Shown here: positions 1 through 9,079 of the stretch, one piece after another | Numbering within the stretch: position 1 is the first letter of the stretch | Layout of the letters: each line of letters opens with the position of its first letter | Virus record (IMG/VR): IMGVR_UViG_3300042868_009074 | Location: 1-64,000 of that record | DNA length: 64,000 bases | Reading direction: 5' to 3' (one strand) | The notes under the pieces: model-generated | Told to the model about the DNA's origin: nothing | What the model saw: only the letters and a program-made list of their open reading frames with translations | Database searches by the model: none | Position numbers and translations under genes: made by a program

Positions 1-162
1 GGAACAAATAAGGCTATTGCATTTTGTCAAGACTGCCCCGTAAAAACACCATGTGCTTTATATGCTATTGAAAATAATATTAACCATGGTGTATGGGGCG
101 GTCTATCAATTCGTGCAAGAGCTGTTATCCGAAGAAATACTAAAATTAAATCACTCCACTAG
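1..162 (+). CDS. whiB: WhiB-family transcription regulator (5' truncated by window edge)
   Basis: Frame 1 reads GTNKAIAFCQDCPVKTPCALYAIENNINHGVWGGLSIRARAVIRR...*, with CxxCPVxxxC and GVWGG WhiB hallmarks. Confidence 0.9.
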   Translation, partial: GTNKAIAFCQDCPVKTPCALYAIENNINHGVWGGLSIRARAVIRRNTKIKSLH

Positions 163-971
163 ATAAGTAACAATAGAAGTAGAATGAATCATCGAGCCAG
201 ATTTGTAACAGGCCTTGGAAATGAATCACAATCACAAATTAGTAACATCTGTTGTAAATGAATCACCACAAGCAAATAAATAACATAGAGAATAAATGAA
301 TCATTGCATTTGACAAGTAACAATTTTTTCGAATGAATCAGAACGCACAATTTGTAACGATAAATGGAAATGAATCAACAAAACAAATTAGTAACATGGG
401 TGTTGAATGAATCACTGGAAGTAACAAGTAACACGAGCCGAAAATGAATCATTTGTCTGGATTAGTAACACATTATTAGAATGAATCATTAGCTTGGATT
501 AGTAACATATTATTAGAATGAATCAATCAAAACGAATTGTAACATTGTTCGCAAATGAATCAAAGCGCCTAACTAATACCATAGGAAGAAAATGAATCAC
601 TCCCTCAGAGAATACCATTTCCTTCGAATGAATCAATGGGATCAACTAATATCAATTAAACAGAATGAATCATCCAGTCGGACTTATATCATGACCAATA
701 AATGAATCATAGTTACGGACTTCTAACATATCTAGTAAATGAATCGCCACTCTTGACCTGTAACAAATCATGCGAATGAATCATCCTAAATTATAAACTA
801 TCACCAAAATGGAATGAATCACATTGTTCGATTAGTATCACAGTTATCAAATGAATCAGATCAAAAGAACTAGTATCACTACAACCAAATGAATCATTGA
901 TTCGGATTTATATCACAATAACAAAATGAATCATACCTATCTATCAGTAACATTAGAAGCGAATGAATCAA
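163..971 (+). repeat. Periodic array of 22 units (~37 bp): AATGAATCA-N12-14-(mostly R)TA(A/T/C)CA-N9, with unique spacers
   Basis: AATGAATC(A) starts at 183,220,257,295,332,369,406,443,480,517,554,591,627,664,701,738,775,813,850,888,925,962; second motif GTAACA/GTATCA/ATATCA/ATACCA at a near-fixed offset; half unit at 163-182. Confidence 0.95.
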
Positions 972-1024
972 ATTTGCAGTCTATGCAAAGATATGAAAAC
1001 AATATTAATACAAAAGGATAAATA

Positions 1025-1462
1025 ATGCTTCTATCTATGATGCTAATTCTTGCAGTCACTTCAACTCTTTTAGAGTTAATGATTGCTGCCAGAGTCCCAG
1101 CTTGGCGCAGACTTTCTGCTAAAAGCCCACTGTTTAATTTATTAAACTCATTGTTTATCTCATATATTATGGGTATAGCATTTGGTGCAGCTGGCCTCAT
1201 TGCCTTGGGTGCAGGTGTAATATCAACTGTACTCTCAGTACCTGGATATCAATTCCTTTATTGGAATTACGATAGCCCTATGGCAAAACGCCATGGTGGA
1301 AGTATGTATCAACATACATTCAAGAAATGGTCTACAACCATTACTGACTTCTTCCACCTTATCTATAAGATTTTACGAATTCTTACAGCTCCAATATGGA
1401 TCACTCGCGCAGCGATTGTGAAATATAACGCATTCAAAAATCGTAAATCTGCAATCGCTTAA
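1025..1462 (+). CDS. Hypothetical membrane protein (about 3 TM segments)
   Basis: 145-aa ORF with hydrophobic stretches; AAAGGA upstream. Confidence 0.7.
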   Translation: MLLSMMLILAVTSTLLELMIAARVPAWRRLSAKSPLFNLLNSLFISYIMGIAFGAAGLIALGAGVISTVLSVPGYQFLYWNYDSPMAKRHGGSMYQHTFKKWSTTITDFFHLIYKILRILTAPIWITRAAIVKYNAFKNRKSAIA

Positions 1463-1484
1463 TTTATTATTAAATATATCAAGC

Positions 1485-1510
1485 AAAAAAAGGGAAGAGA
1501 CAATCTTCCC
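1485..1510 (-). terminator. Hairpin GGGAAGA-gacaa-TCTTCCC with A-tract on its 5' side (terminator-like for - strand transcripts)
   Basis: Perfect 7-bp stem 1492-1510 preceded by A7 on + strand. Confidence 0.4.
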
Positions 1511-1542
1511 GCACAATCAATTTACTCAGGAGGTAAATAACC

Positions 1543-4074
1543 ATGGCAAATCGCCGTACCAACCGCACATATACACCTTCAGTACGTCTGCGGTCCATGC
1601 CACGTGGACCACTACGTTCTGTAAATAACTACCAGTTTGGATTCTATGACATTGGCGTTCTTCGCCACTGTCTTAACACCAGTAATCCTACAGAATATCG
1701 CGTAGCTGCACTGCCAATACCACAGAATGATATTGAGCTCAATGCTGCTAAGAAAATCATCCAACACCCAGCTGTTGAGTATGCCATTGTAGACAAGAAT
1801 AAGCTTGTTCTTACTCTCATAGATGGCAGCTCAAAAGGCTGGATGGGCAACCTCACCGAACTTGGCTACACAGTCAAGGGAGGTGGCAAGGCTGCCAAGC
1901 GTATGAAGTCATTTCATCGCCCAACTCTAATCAATGCTCACTTTGATCATCTCAACGTACAAATTGTTGAACCAACAGACTATTCTACGGTCGATTGGGC
2001 CAACGATGTATCTGACGATTATTCAACTCCAGAAGTCCTTGAGCGTCTGCTCGATGGCTGCTTCGTAGTCTCCTCGAGAATTATGAAGCAAGGCATTGAA
2101 AATCTACCAGTATATGAGCCATACAATACTCACGATACCGATGAGTATTATTATGACCCAAATATCCGTCGTCAACTTCAGAACTTTCTCGCAAATTCTA
2201 AAGTCTTTAATGCTCGCATTATTTGTAATCTCGGCACCATCAAGGGCAACATGATCGTATCTGATCGTTTGCCTGAAGGTATCGATGTAATCACAGCCCG
2301 TGCAAACATTAAGACCGAGGTTATCTATAACGGAGGTTATCGTTTACTCGCTGAGCCACAAGGCCCTAAGTCACGTGTTATCACTGACGATCAGACCGTA
2401 ATTAACTTTCCAAAGTTATTTCGTAAGTCTGAGATGGAAATGTGGCTTAAAGAAGAATATGAAAAGATGTTCCAAGATGCTATCAACGGTAAGTTGTTGC
2501 AGAACTGGAAGTCTATCTATACTCGACTTTGGCGAGACTCTGACGATATCGAAGATAAGGAAGTACAGGCTCGCATGAGCTATGTAGCATATCGTTGGGT
2601 AGCAGCAGGCTTGAATATTACGGATTCTCCGTGGCTATTTGAGAACCTTGCTATTTCACACGCTATGCCATTGCAAAAGCGTATACCCATTCCTTGTTCA
2701 GTCTATGAACAAATTATTCCAGAGTCTATTGCTCGCATGGCCGGCTATGACATTGATGTTGAAACTGAAACGATTCAACGTATCAATGAAATTGGCGTAC
2801 ATGTAGTAAATGACGTAGACTGGATTGAGATGTATGAATCTCATGGTGGTCACGACGCTGACGACTTCTTTAAGCTGTTCTACCGCCACATTGAAGGCGG
2901 AACATATGACGGAGAAAACGTAGTAATTGCTATTCGTTCACCGAATGGTAAAGGCGAGTATTCCGTATTTAAACATGTTGAAGGCCAATGGTCTCCAACG
3001 TGGGTAAAATCTAACGGAGAAGAAGTTAAGTTTCCTGTAGTAAATGGACGTGGATGGTCTACCAGATTATCCACAGCTATTCGCTTCAACGAAGTATCTT
3101 ACACTGGCTTGCCCTCTACATATCTCCCCTCAGATGCTCACGTATCTGAAAGCTATGACCACGCTCAAGTTATTGCTGACCTTCAGGCTGCAATGAACGG
3201 TGGCAATGTGGGACGCTATGTCAATGCAGTTATGCTGCATTCCATGGTATTTCCTAACCATCGTACTATGCAACTTTGTTCCTTAGAAGATGCTATTGAT
3301 GGGTGTACTCAAACTGCTGACCCAGCAGATCGTGCAGCCATCGATGAAGAAGCCAAAAAGCTTGTTCATGAAGTTATCGAGTCAGGTCGTCCTATCGACC
3401 GTGCCTTCTGGATGTCTCGTAACTTTAAGAACTCATTGAAGGAAGATCAAACAGTAGAACTATATGATGGAAAGATTACGCAAATTTATGATTTGTGTGC
3501 TCATTATTTCCAAGCATATCGTACTCGTGTAACCAAGTGGTCACAGGAAAACGCACGCCCAGATGATGCCATTCATCAGTTGGGTGCTCGTTTGTACTTC
3601 CATGCACTACCACACTTACGTCGTTTTCGTATGAATATCTACAATGCTAACTCAGCAGAAGTTATTCAGAACAACTCAAACGTACAACGTGATGCATGGG
3701 AAAACCTGTATCAAGGTATCATTGATACAATCGAAAGCTTTGAGAGAGCTCAGGATAAACATGACTTTGTCTTGTCATTATACTCTGCTTCTCTCAAGGT
3801 CACAACTTCTGGTGGGAAAATTTCCGACCAGATTGTTATGAATCGTATTGTTCATCCATATCTTGAACGAGCACTTCAGCACTACGGCTTAGCTAAACGT
3901 GTGATGATTGAGCGACGTCAAGACGGAACTCTTAATATTCAGCAAACAAAAGCTGATCAATGGACTTACAATCCTGATCAAGAAGAATCGAAAACTTTCG
4001 ATGACATCTTTGAATATCAGAAGTTCCACTCTAAACACTCACCCATTATTCACACAACATCCAACCGTGTATAA
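1543..4074 (+). CDS. Putative single-chain two-barrel RNA polymerase, RdRP(RNAi)/YonO-like, with a non-canonical GGHDADD catalytic loop
   Basis: Motifs LLDGCFVVS (cf. FSDGxGxIS), FNARI..GTIKGNMIV (cf. FQIR.GG.KGVL), TDDQTVIN (cf. LNRQ.I), GGHDADDF (cf. GSDLDGD), IRSPNGKGE (cf. KNPxxHPGD), GNVGRYVNA (cf. NLGxIxNA), EDAIDG (cf. AVDFxKTG); strong SD AGGAGG. Confidence 0.65.
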   Translation: MANRRTNRTYTPSVRLRSMPRGPLRSVNNYQFGFYDIGVLRHCLNTSNPTEYRVAALPIPQNDIELNAAKKIIQHPAVEYAIVDKNKLVLTLIDGSSKGWMGNLTELGYTVKGGGKAAKRMKSFHRPTLINAHFDHLNVQIVEPTDYSTVDWANDVSDDYSTPEVLERLLDGCFVVSSRIMKQGIENLPVYEPYNTHDTDEYYYDPNIRRQLQNFLANSKVFNARIICNLGTIKGNMIVSDRLPEGIDVITARANIKTEVIYNGGYRLLAEPQGPKSRVITDDQTVINFPKLFRKSEMEMWLKEEYEKMFQDAINGKLLQNWKSIYTRLWRDSDDIEDKEVQARMSYVAYRWVAAGLNITDSPWLFENLAISHAMPLQKRIPIPCSVYEQIIPESIARMAGYDIDVETETIQRINEIGVHVVNDVDWIEMYESHGGHDADDFFKLFYRHIEGGTYDGENVVIAIRSPNGKGEYSVFKHVEGQWSPTWVKSNGEEVKFPVVNGRGWSTRLSTAIRFNEVSYTGLPSTYLPSDAHVSESYDHAQVIADLQAAMNGGNVGRYVNAVMLHSMVFPNHRTMQLCSLEDAIDGCTQTADPADRAAIDEEAKKLVHEVIESGRPIDRAFWMSRNFKNSLKEDQTVELYDGKITQIYDLCAHYFQAYRTRVTKWSQENARPDDAIHQLGARLYFHALPHLRRFRMNIYNANSAEVIQNNSNVQRDAWENLYQGIIDTIESFERAQDKHDFVLSLYSASLKVTTSGGKISDQIVMNRIVHPYLERALQHYGLAKRVMIERRQDGTLNIQQTKADQWTYNPDQEESKTFDDIFEYQKFHSKHSPIIHTTSNRV

Positions 4075-4089
4075 AATTGGCTATTCAAA

Positions 4090-4135
4090 ACTGGGGAGAC
4101 GAGCTCGTCTCGTCTTCCCAGTAGGTCTATTTTTT
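4090..4135 (+). terminator. Intrinsic terminator downstream of the polymerase gene
   Basis: ACTGGGGAGACGAG-ctcgt-CTCGTCTTCCCAGT stem, then aggtctattttttc. Confidence 0.65.
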
Positions 4136-4160
4136 CATATATAACCCAAAGTAGGTAACT

Positions 4161-4517
4161 ATGTTAACATTCAATCATTATAGAATCGATCCTAATTCAT
4201 GGATTGATGATCTTCAAGCCCAAGTACACATGAGGGAATTATTTCCTGAAATGTATATGGCTGAAGAAATTAAACCAAAAAATCTTATCAGTAAGATTTC
4301 TTATAAAGCAGGCTCTCTGACTGCTGGTACTAAAAACTTTTTTTCAAAAACGGAAACTAAAACAGCTACACTAATGGCTTATTGGGCTGCTGACTCACTA
4401 GTAGGGTTAATGCTTATGCTAACCACTACCAGCTCAATTGCTTTTGTTGTTGCTTTTGCTATGATTATTCTTCATACCTATGCTACCTTTAGCATTGTAT
4501 CAGAAGTAACTAAATAG
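4161..4517 (+). CDS. Hypothetical membrane protein
   Basis: 118-aa ORF with C-terminal hydrophobic segments; AGGT upstream. Confidence 0.7.
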   Translation: MLTFNHYRIDPNSWIDDLQAQVHMRELFPEMYMAEEIKPKNLISKISYKAGSLTAGTKNFFSKTETKTATLMAYWAADSLVGLMLMLTTTSSIAFVVAFAMIILHTYATFSIVSEVTK

Positions 4518-4528
4518 ATTTTAATTAT

Positions 4529-5143
4529 ATGCTAGAAATCCCTGATAATATTAGTAAATTTATTACTAATATGTCTTCTGAAATAGAAGCCATTAAACAC
4601 ACTTTTGTATCCACTACTGAAAAAGAGAAAGACAGCTTCAAACCATTTGCTGTATTCTTCTCTGATCCCGATACAAAATCTTTTGTTATAACATCTAGAC
4701 CTATCTACGATGCTAACGATTATTATACAGCTGTATCAGAAATGTTATTTGCATACTCTGCTAATGACTCTGAAGCTGTATTATTTGCAGTTGACTCAAA
4801 TAAAGAGATTAACGGCGTCACCCATGATTTACTTGAAGTATACATGGCTTGTAACGACTACTGCGCTATCTTTAGTTTTCCTTACTCATTAGATGATAAT
4901 CTCAAATTCCATTGGAATGAAAATTTATTTGACACCCACAGTATGGAAACACTAGAAAAAGCTTATGATACAAGTGGACAATTCCACGCAAGCTTAGAAA
5001 TATTCGAAGCTTTGTATCTCCACACTCATATGCGTATCCAGCATTTTGATATTGGAAAACTTAAATCTTTCTATGATGCTAATAATTTTAATTATGCGCA
5101 TCTACTAGAGCACAGCTCTAAACAAACTACCCTAACCTTATAA
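4529..5143 (+). CDS. Hypothetical protein
   Basis: 204-aa ORF packed in the + strand gene run. Confidence 0.75.
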   Translation: MLEIPDNISKFITNMSSEIEAIKHTFVSTTEKEKDSFKPFAVFFSDPDTKSFVITSRPIYDANDYYTAVSEMLFAYSANDSEAVLFAVDSNKEINGVTHDLLEVYMACNDYCAIFSFPYSLDDNLKFHWNENLFDTHSMETLEKAYDTSGQFHASLEIFEALYLHTHMRIQHFDIGKLKSFYDANNFNYAHLLEHSSKQTTLTL

Positions 5144-5164
5144 ACAGAAAACACACAAAGACAC

Positions 5165-5317
5165 ATGTTAACTTTAGAAAAAGAAAATGTGATTCTTTGG
5201 GAGGCAGAATCAATAATCAAGAATGTTGTTATAGTTGAAGAATCTATACTACATCAAATAGAAAAATATATGCAGGACGAAGCCTTCTATGGCGATCCTG
5301 ATTTTTCTTATTATTAA
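5165..5317 (+). CDS. Small acidic hypothetical protein (50 aa)
   Basis: Manual translation MLTLEKENVILWEAESII...YGDPDFSYY*; fills gap between genes. Confidence 0.5.
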   Translation: MLTLEKENVILWEAESIIKNVVIVEESILHQIEKYMQDEAFYGDPDFSYY

Positions 5318-5337
5318 TATTAAGGTATAATATAAAT

Positions 5338-7011
5338 ATGACAATCATATTGCGACCATATCAAGAAGAAGCTCTTAACGCTATTTTAGAAAATTGTTCT
5401 AAAGGCGTTTCTAGGCAGCTTGTTGTACTACCTACGGGCGCAGGTAAAACAGTCATATTTTCACACCTTCCAATTATTAAACCAGACGCATTACCCATGC
5501 TAGTTCTAGCTCATCGTAGCGAATTGTTGGATCAAGCCAGAAATAAAATTATGGCTTCTAATCCACATCTTAGCGTAGAAATAGAACAAGCAGAGCGTAA
5601 AGCCGGTCAGGTTGACGTAGTTGTGGCATCTGTTGCCACTCTAGGTCGAAATAATACTCCTCGTATAGAGGAATACCCCAAGGATTATTTTAAATCCATA
5701 GTTATAGATGAGGCCCATCATGCTGCTGCTCCTAGTTATCGAAGAATTATTGACTTTTTCTCTCCTGATTTTCTCTTGGGCGTTACTGCGACGCCGCAAA
5801 GATCGGATTCTACTAGGTTAATTGACGTATTCCAAGAAATCGTCTACTATAAATCTATCCAAGATCTAATTGGAGAAGGCTATCTCTGCCCACTTGTTGG
5901 CTACAGAGTTAAATCAAACATAGACATTTCTAATGTCGAAATCAGAAACGGTGAATATGCACAAGATCAACTTGAAGAAGCTATTGATACTCCTGAGCGT
6001 AACGCTCATATCGTCGCTAGCTACCTTGCTTTGGCTAGTAATGAAAAGGCCATTGTATTCGCATCCGGCGTCAAGCACGCCGAAAACTTGGCCCTATCCT
6101 TTATCCAAGCGTCGGTAACGACAGAAGTGATAGTTGGGACTACTCCTCGAGAAAAAAGAGAAGAGGTCCTTGCGAATTTTGCCAAGGGCAAGGTTTCGGT
6201 TATTGTAAATGTAGGCGTTTTAACTGAAGGGTTCGACGAACCATCAGTCCAAGCTATTATACTAGCTAAACCCACTCGTTCAACTCTATTGTATACACAA
6301 ATTGTTGGACGTGGAACTCGCCTACATGAAAGCAAAGTATCTTGCAAAATAATCGACATTGCAGACACCACAAGAGGAAAGAAGCCTATTGGCCTTCCTA
6401 CTCTGTTGGGTCTTCCCCCAGAATTCGATTTAGAAGGACAGAGTCTAACAGACGTAGCTGAAAAGTTTAAAGAACTTGAAGACTTCTGCCCCGGTGAATC
6501 AGTTCGTGTTCTTAATCCACAAGACATTGAACTAGCATATACTAGAATTAACCTCTTTATGCCACCACCACCTAACCCCACTGTGCTAGAATATTCTAAA
6601 CTTGTTTGGGCTGAAGTAGGGGAAGATGACTATTATCTTGGTGTTTCTAATGGTGAGTCTCTTAGGATACATGCTGACACACTAGGCAGGTGGAATGTTA
6701 CCCTTAAAGATTCTAATACTAAAGAAGTAAAAATTCTTGGCATTACTGAAACTATGAGAGAAGCATTCGCTCGCAGTGATCGTTGGGTTCAAAACCACAG
6801 AACTTCAGCTATGAGCCTATTGGATTCATCCGCCACTTGGCGAGCAGATGGACCAACAGATTCTCAGCAAAAACTTCTCAAAAGAATAGGTATACCCTTA
6901 ACGTCAGACATGACTAAAGGTATGGCTAGTCAAATTATCTCTCGTTACTACGAGAGTAATCCCAAGCCTAAATGGCTTCAAAATAAAATATCTTATAAAA
7001 ATAAATGGTAA
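5338..7011 (+). CDS. Superfamily 2 DEAD/DEAH-box helicase (Irc3/ResIII-like)
   Basis: LRPYQ Q-motif, PTGAGKT, DEAHH, TAT, LTEGFD, QIVGRGTR; TATAAT 6 nt before ATG. Confidence 0.92.
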   Translation: MTIILRPYQEEALNAILENCSKGVSRQLVVLPTGAGKTVIFSHLPIIKPDALPMLVLAHRSELLDQARNKIMASNPHLSVEIEQAERKAGQVDVVVASVATLGRNNTPRIEEYPKDYFKSIVIDEAHHAAAPSYRRIIDFFSPDFLLGVTATPQRSDSTRLIDVFQEIVYYKSIQDLIGEGYLCPLVGYRVKSNIDISNVEIRNGEYAQDQLEEAIDTPERNAHIVASYLALASNEKAIVFASGVKHAENLALSFIQASVTTEVIVGTTPREKREEVLANFAKGKVSVIVNVGVLTEGFDEPSVQAIILAKPTRSTLLYTQIVGRGTRLHESKVSCKIIDIADTTRGKKPIGLPTLLGLPPEFDLEGQSLTDVAEKFKELEDFCPGESVRVLNPQDIELAYTRINLFMPPPPNPTVLEYSKLVWAEVGEDDYYLGVSNGESLRIHADTLGRWNVTLKDSNTKEVKILGITETMREAFARSDRWVQNHRTSAMSLLDSSATWRADGPTDSQQKLLKRIGIPLTSDMTKGMASQIISRYYESNPKPKWLQNKISYKNKW

Positions 7012-7012
7012 T

Positions 7013-8530
7013 ATGAAAAATAAAAAAGCATCAATACTAATAACAGCTTTACTTTTGTTTTCTACACAAAGTAATCTAATCTTTAATTCTAACCCTGTTC
7101 AAGCTAAATCTATTTCTAGCGTTAAGAAACGGGCTTATAAGAATATAAAGCTTGAGAAACGTATTGTTAAGAAGAAATCAGTAACTGTTTATCGTAAATT
7201 CTTAGATACATCAGTTCCTTACATAGGCGCTGATACAGCACATGCTTCTTCTAACAAAGGCAAAGGCACTTACGTAGTATTGATTGACACTGGCGTCAAT
7301 GTCGACCACCCCATGCTCAAAGGTAGAGTAGCTCTAGAAGCTTGCTTTACCTTATTTCGTTCATGCCCTAATGGCACTAACCAACAAACTGGAACAGGAG
7401 CAGCTGCACCTGTAGACTGGCATGGCTCTCACGTATCCGGCATTATGGCAGGATCTTATCAACAATATGTAGGCGTTGCTCCAGAAGCTAAGATTATAGC
7501 TATTAATGTATTCGATAAAGATTTATCTTCATCTGAAACAGCTATAACTTTAGCCTTAAATTGGGTTAACTCTATATCTAGGGACTATAATATAGCTTCA
7601 GTTAATATGAGTCTAGGAACTAGCAGAATATATCAAGGTTATTGTGACACAGTCTCTCCTAAAATGACTACTGCTGTTAAGAATTTGTATGACAAAAATA
7701 TAGCAGTAGTAGTGGCTGCTGGAAACTCGTATGCTTTAGGCATGAGTAGCCCAGCTTGCATTAGCTATTCAGTTAGCGTAGCTTCTATGACTTATGATGG
7801 TTATGTAAATGATTTTTCTAACTTATCTAAAAATACTACATTTGCTGCTCCTGGCTATCGAATTGTATCAGCTGGAGCTGGAACCACTATGAGAGCTGCC
7901 ACAGGCACATCTATGGCTGCTCCTCACGTAGCTGGTATATTTTCTATTTATAGACAAATGTACCCAACTCATACTTTACAGCAAGCCATTAATAGAATAA
8001 AAGCTAGCTCTAAAATAGCTACTGACTATTACTCTGATATTAAGATTTCAGCTATCAACATAGCTACACTATCCAATATAGAAGATAGCCCGACTACCAC
8101 AAGTAGTACAACTACCTTACCTTGGATTAATCCCCCAACTACAACTACGCTTCCAGTAACTACTACTACTTTACCAGAAACAATTGTTACTACAACTGTT
8201 CCTTCAGTTCCAGTAGTTACCACTACAACTATTGTATCTAAATTACCTTTATTTAAGCCAACTGATCTAAAGCTCCGTGCTTTAAAAATTAATTCAACTT
8301 ACTTTTACTTATCTTACAGTGATTCTACTGTTGATAAAACATTAGTTAATGATTACACTTTATCGTGCAACGATGGCTCTAAGTTTCCAGTTTCTTTAGA
8401 ATTAAATTATAACTCTCATGTGATTAAAGTAATGTCAAACATTGCTTTTACTTCATGTTATCTTTATGCCAATTTAGAAAATGGCACAACTAGTGCTAAT
8501 AGTTCACCTGCTATCATAACTTATGGATAA
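7013..8530 (+). CDS. Secreted S8 subtilisin-like serine protease with Thr/Pro-rich linker
   Basis: Signal peptide; catalytic motifs IDTG, HGSHV, AAGN, GTSMAAPHV. Confidence 0.92.
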   Translation: MKNKKASILITALLLFSTQSNLIFNSNPVQAKSISSVKKRAYKNIKLEKRIVKKKSVTVYRKFLDTSVPYIGADTAHASSNKGKGTYVVLIDTGVNVDHPMLKGRVALEACFTLFRSCPNGTNQQTGTGAAAPVDWHGSHVSGIMAGSYQQYVGVAPEAKIIAINVFDKDLSSSETAITLALNWVNSISRDYNIASVNMSLGTSRIYQGYCDTVSPKMTTAVKNLYDKNIAVVVAAGNSYALGMSSPACISYSVSVASMTYDGYVNDFSNLSKNTTFAAPGYRIVSAGAGTTMRAATGTSMAAPHVAGIFSIYRQMYPTHTLQQAINRIKASSKIATDYYSDIKISAINIATLSNIEDSPTTTSSTTTLPWINPPTTTTLPVTTTTLPETIVTTTVPSVPVVTTTTIVSKLPLFKPTDLKLRALKINSTYFYLSYSDSTVDKTLVNDYTLSCNDGSKFPVSLELNYNSHVIKVMSNIAFTSCYLYANLENGTTSANSSPAIITYG

Positions 8531-8724
8531 GATTAAACCTTCTTATCTATATAGTGATAGAAACAAAAAATGTTCATCTTGTTTTGTTATTTCAAAACAC
8601 GTTGAAAAATCTAAAAAATATGACATATTACTATGTATAGATTGTTTAAAGGATAAGATATTATCCGATACACAATCATCCAAAAACTAAGACAAAAATA
8701 CTCTATTACACAGAAAGGAAATTT

Positions 8725-8955
8725 ATGTCAATCTCTATCTCAATTGGATCACATCCACAAGATATTATAAACCTTCAAAAAACTAAGGATATTATTTCCT
8801 TCGTTTCAAATCTTATAAAATCAGAAGATCAAGAATTTATCTTCGCTAAAACCAACTATACCAGAAATGATATGCAAAACTTAATCAAATGGTATGGAGA
8901 TCTACTGGATATCCTGTATAATGCAGGTACTCCAGAAGAACTGTTCCCAGCTTAA
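8725..8955 (+). CDS. Hypothetical protein
   Basis: 76-aa ORF with AAAGGA SD. Confidence 0.7.
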   Translation: MSISISIGSHPQDIINLQKTKDIISFVSNLIKSEDQEFIFAKTNYTRNDMQNLIKWYGDLLDILYNAGTPEELFPA

Positions 8956-8971
8956 CTATTCTATTTCACTC

Positions 8972-9054
8972 ACCCGAGTGGCGGAATGGCAGACGCAGGG
9001 GGCTTAAACCCCCCGGAGGGCAACCTCTTACCGGTTCAAGTCCGGTCTCGGGTA
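8972..9054 (+). tRNA. tRNA-Leu(TAA)
   Basis: ACCCGAG/CTCGGGT acceptor stem, GGGGG-CT TAA AC-CCCCC anticodon arm, long variable arm, TTCAAGT T-loop; followed by CTA not CCA. Confidence 0.93.
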
Positions 9055-9079
9055 CTACAAATATAGAAAAGGAAATAAA

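Noticed and set aside
163-971. CRISPR array interpretation
   Set aside because: Conserved blocks are only 9 and 6 nt, split by variable sequence; there is no 23-47-nt repeat, no palindrome and no cas gene in the window.
184-971. Array as a chain of ATGA-coupled mini-ORFs (e.g. MNHRARFVTGLGNESQSQISNICCK*)
   Set aside because: Several unit ATGs hit early stops (e.g. 296: MNHCI*), 36/38-bp units break the phase, and no SD sites are seen.
937-1200. Minus-strand ORF overlapping the array end and the TM gene
   Set aside because: Antisense shadow of 1025..1462; no RBS or motif.
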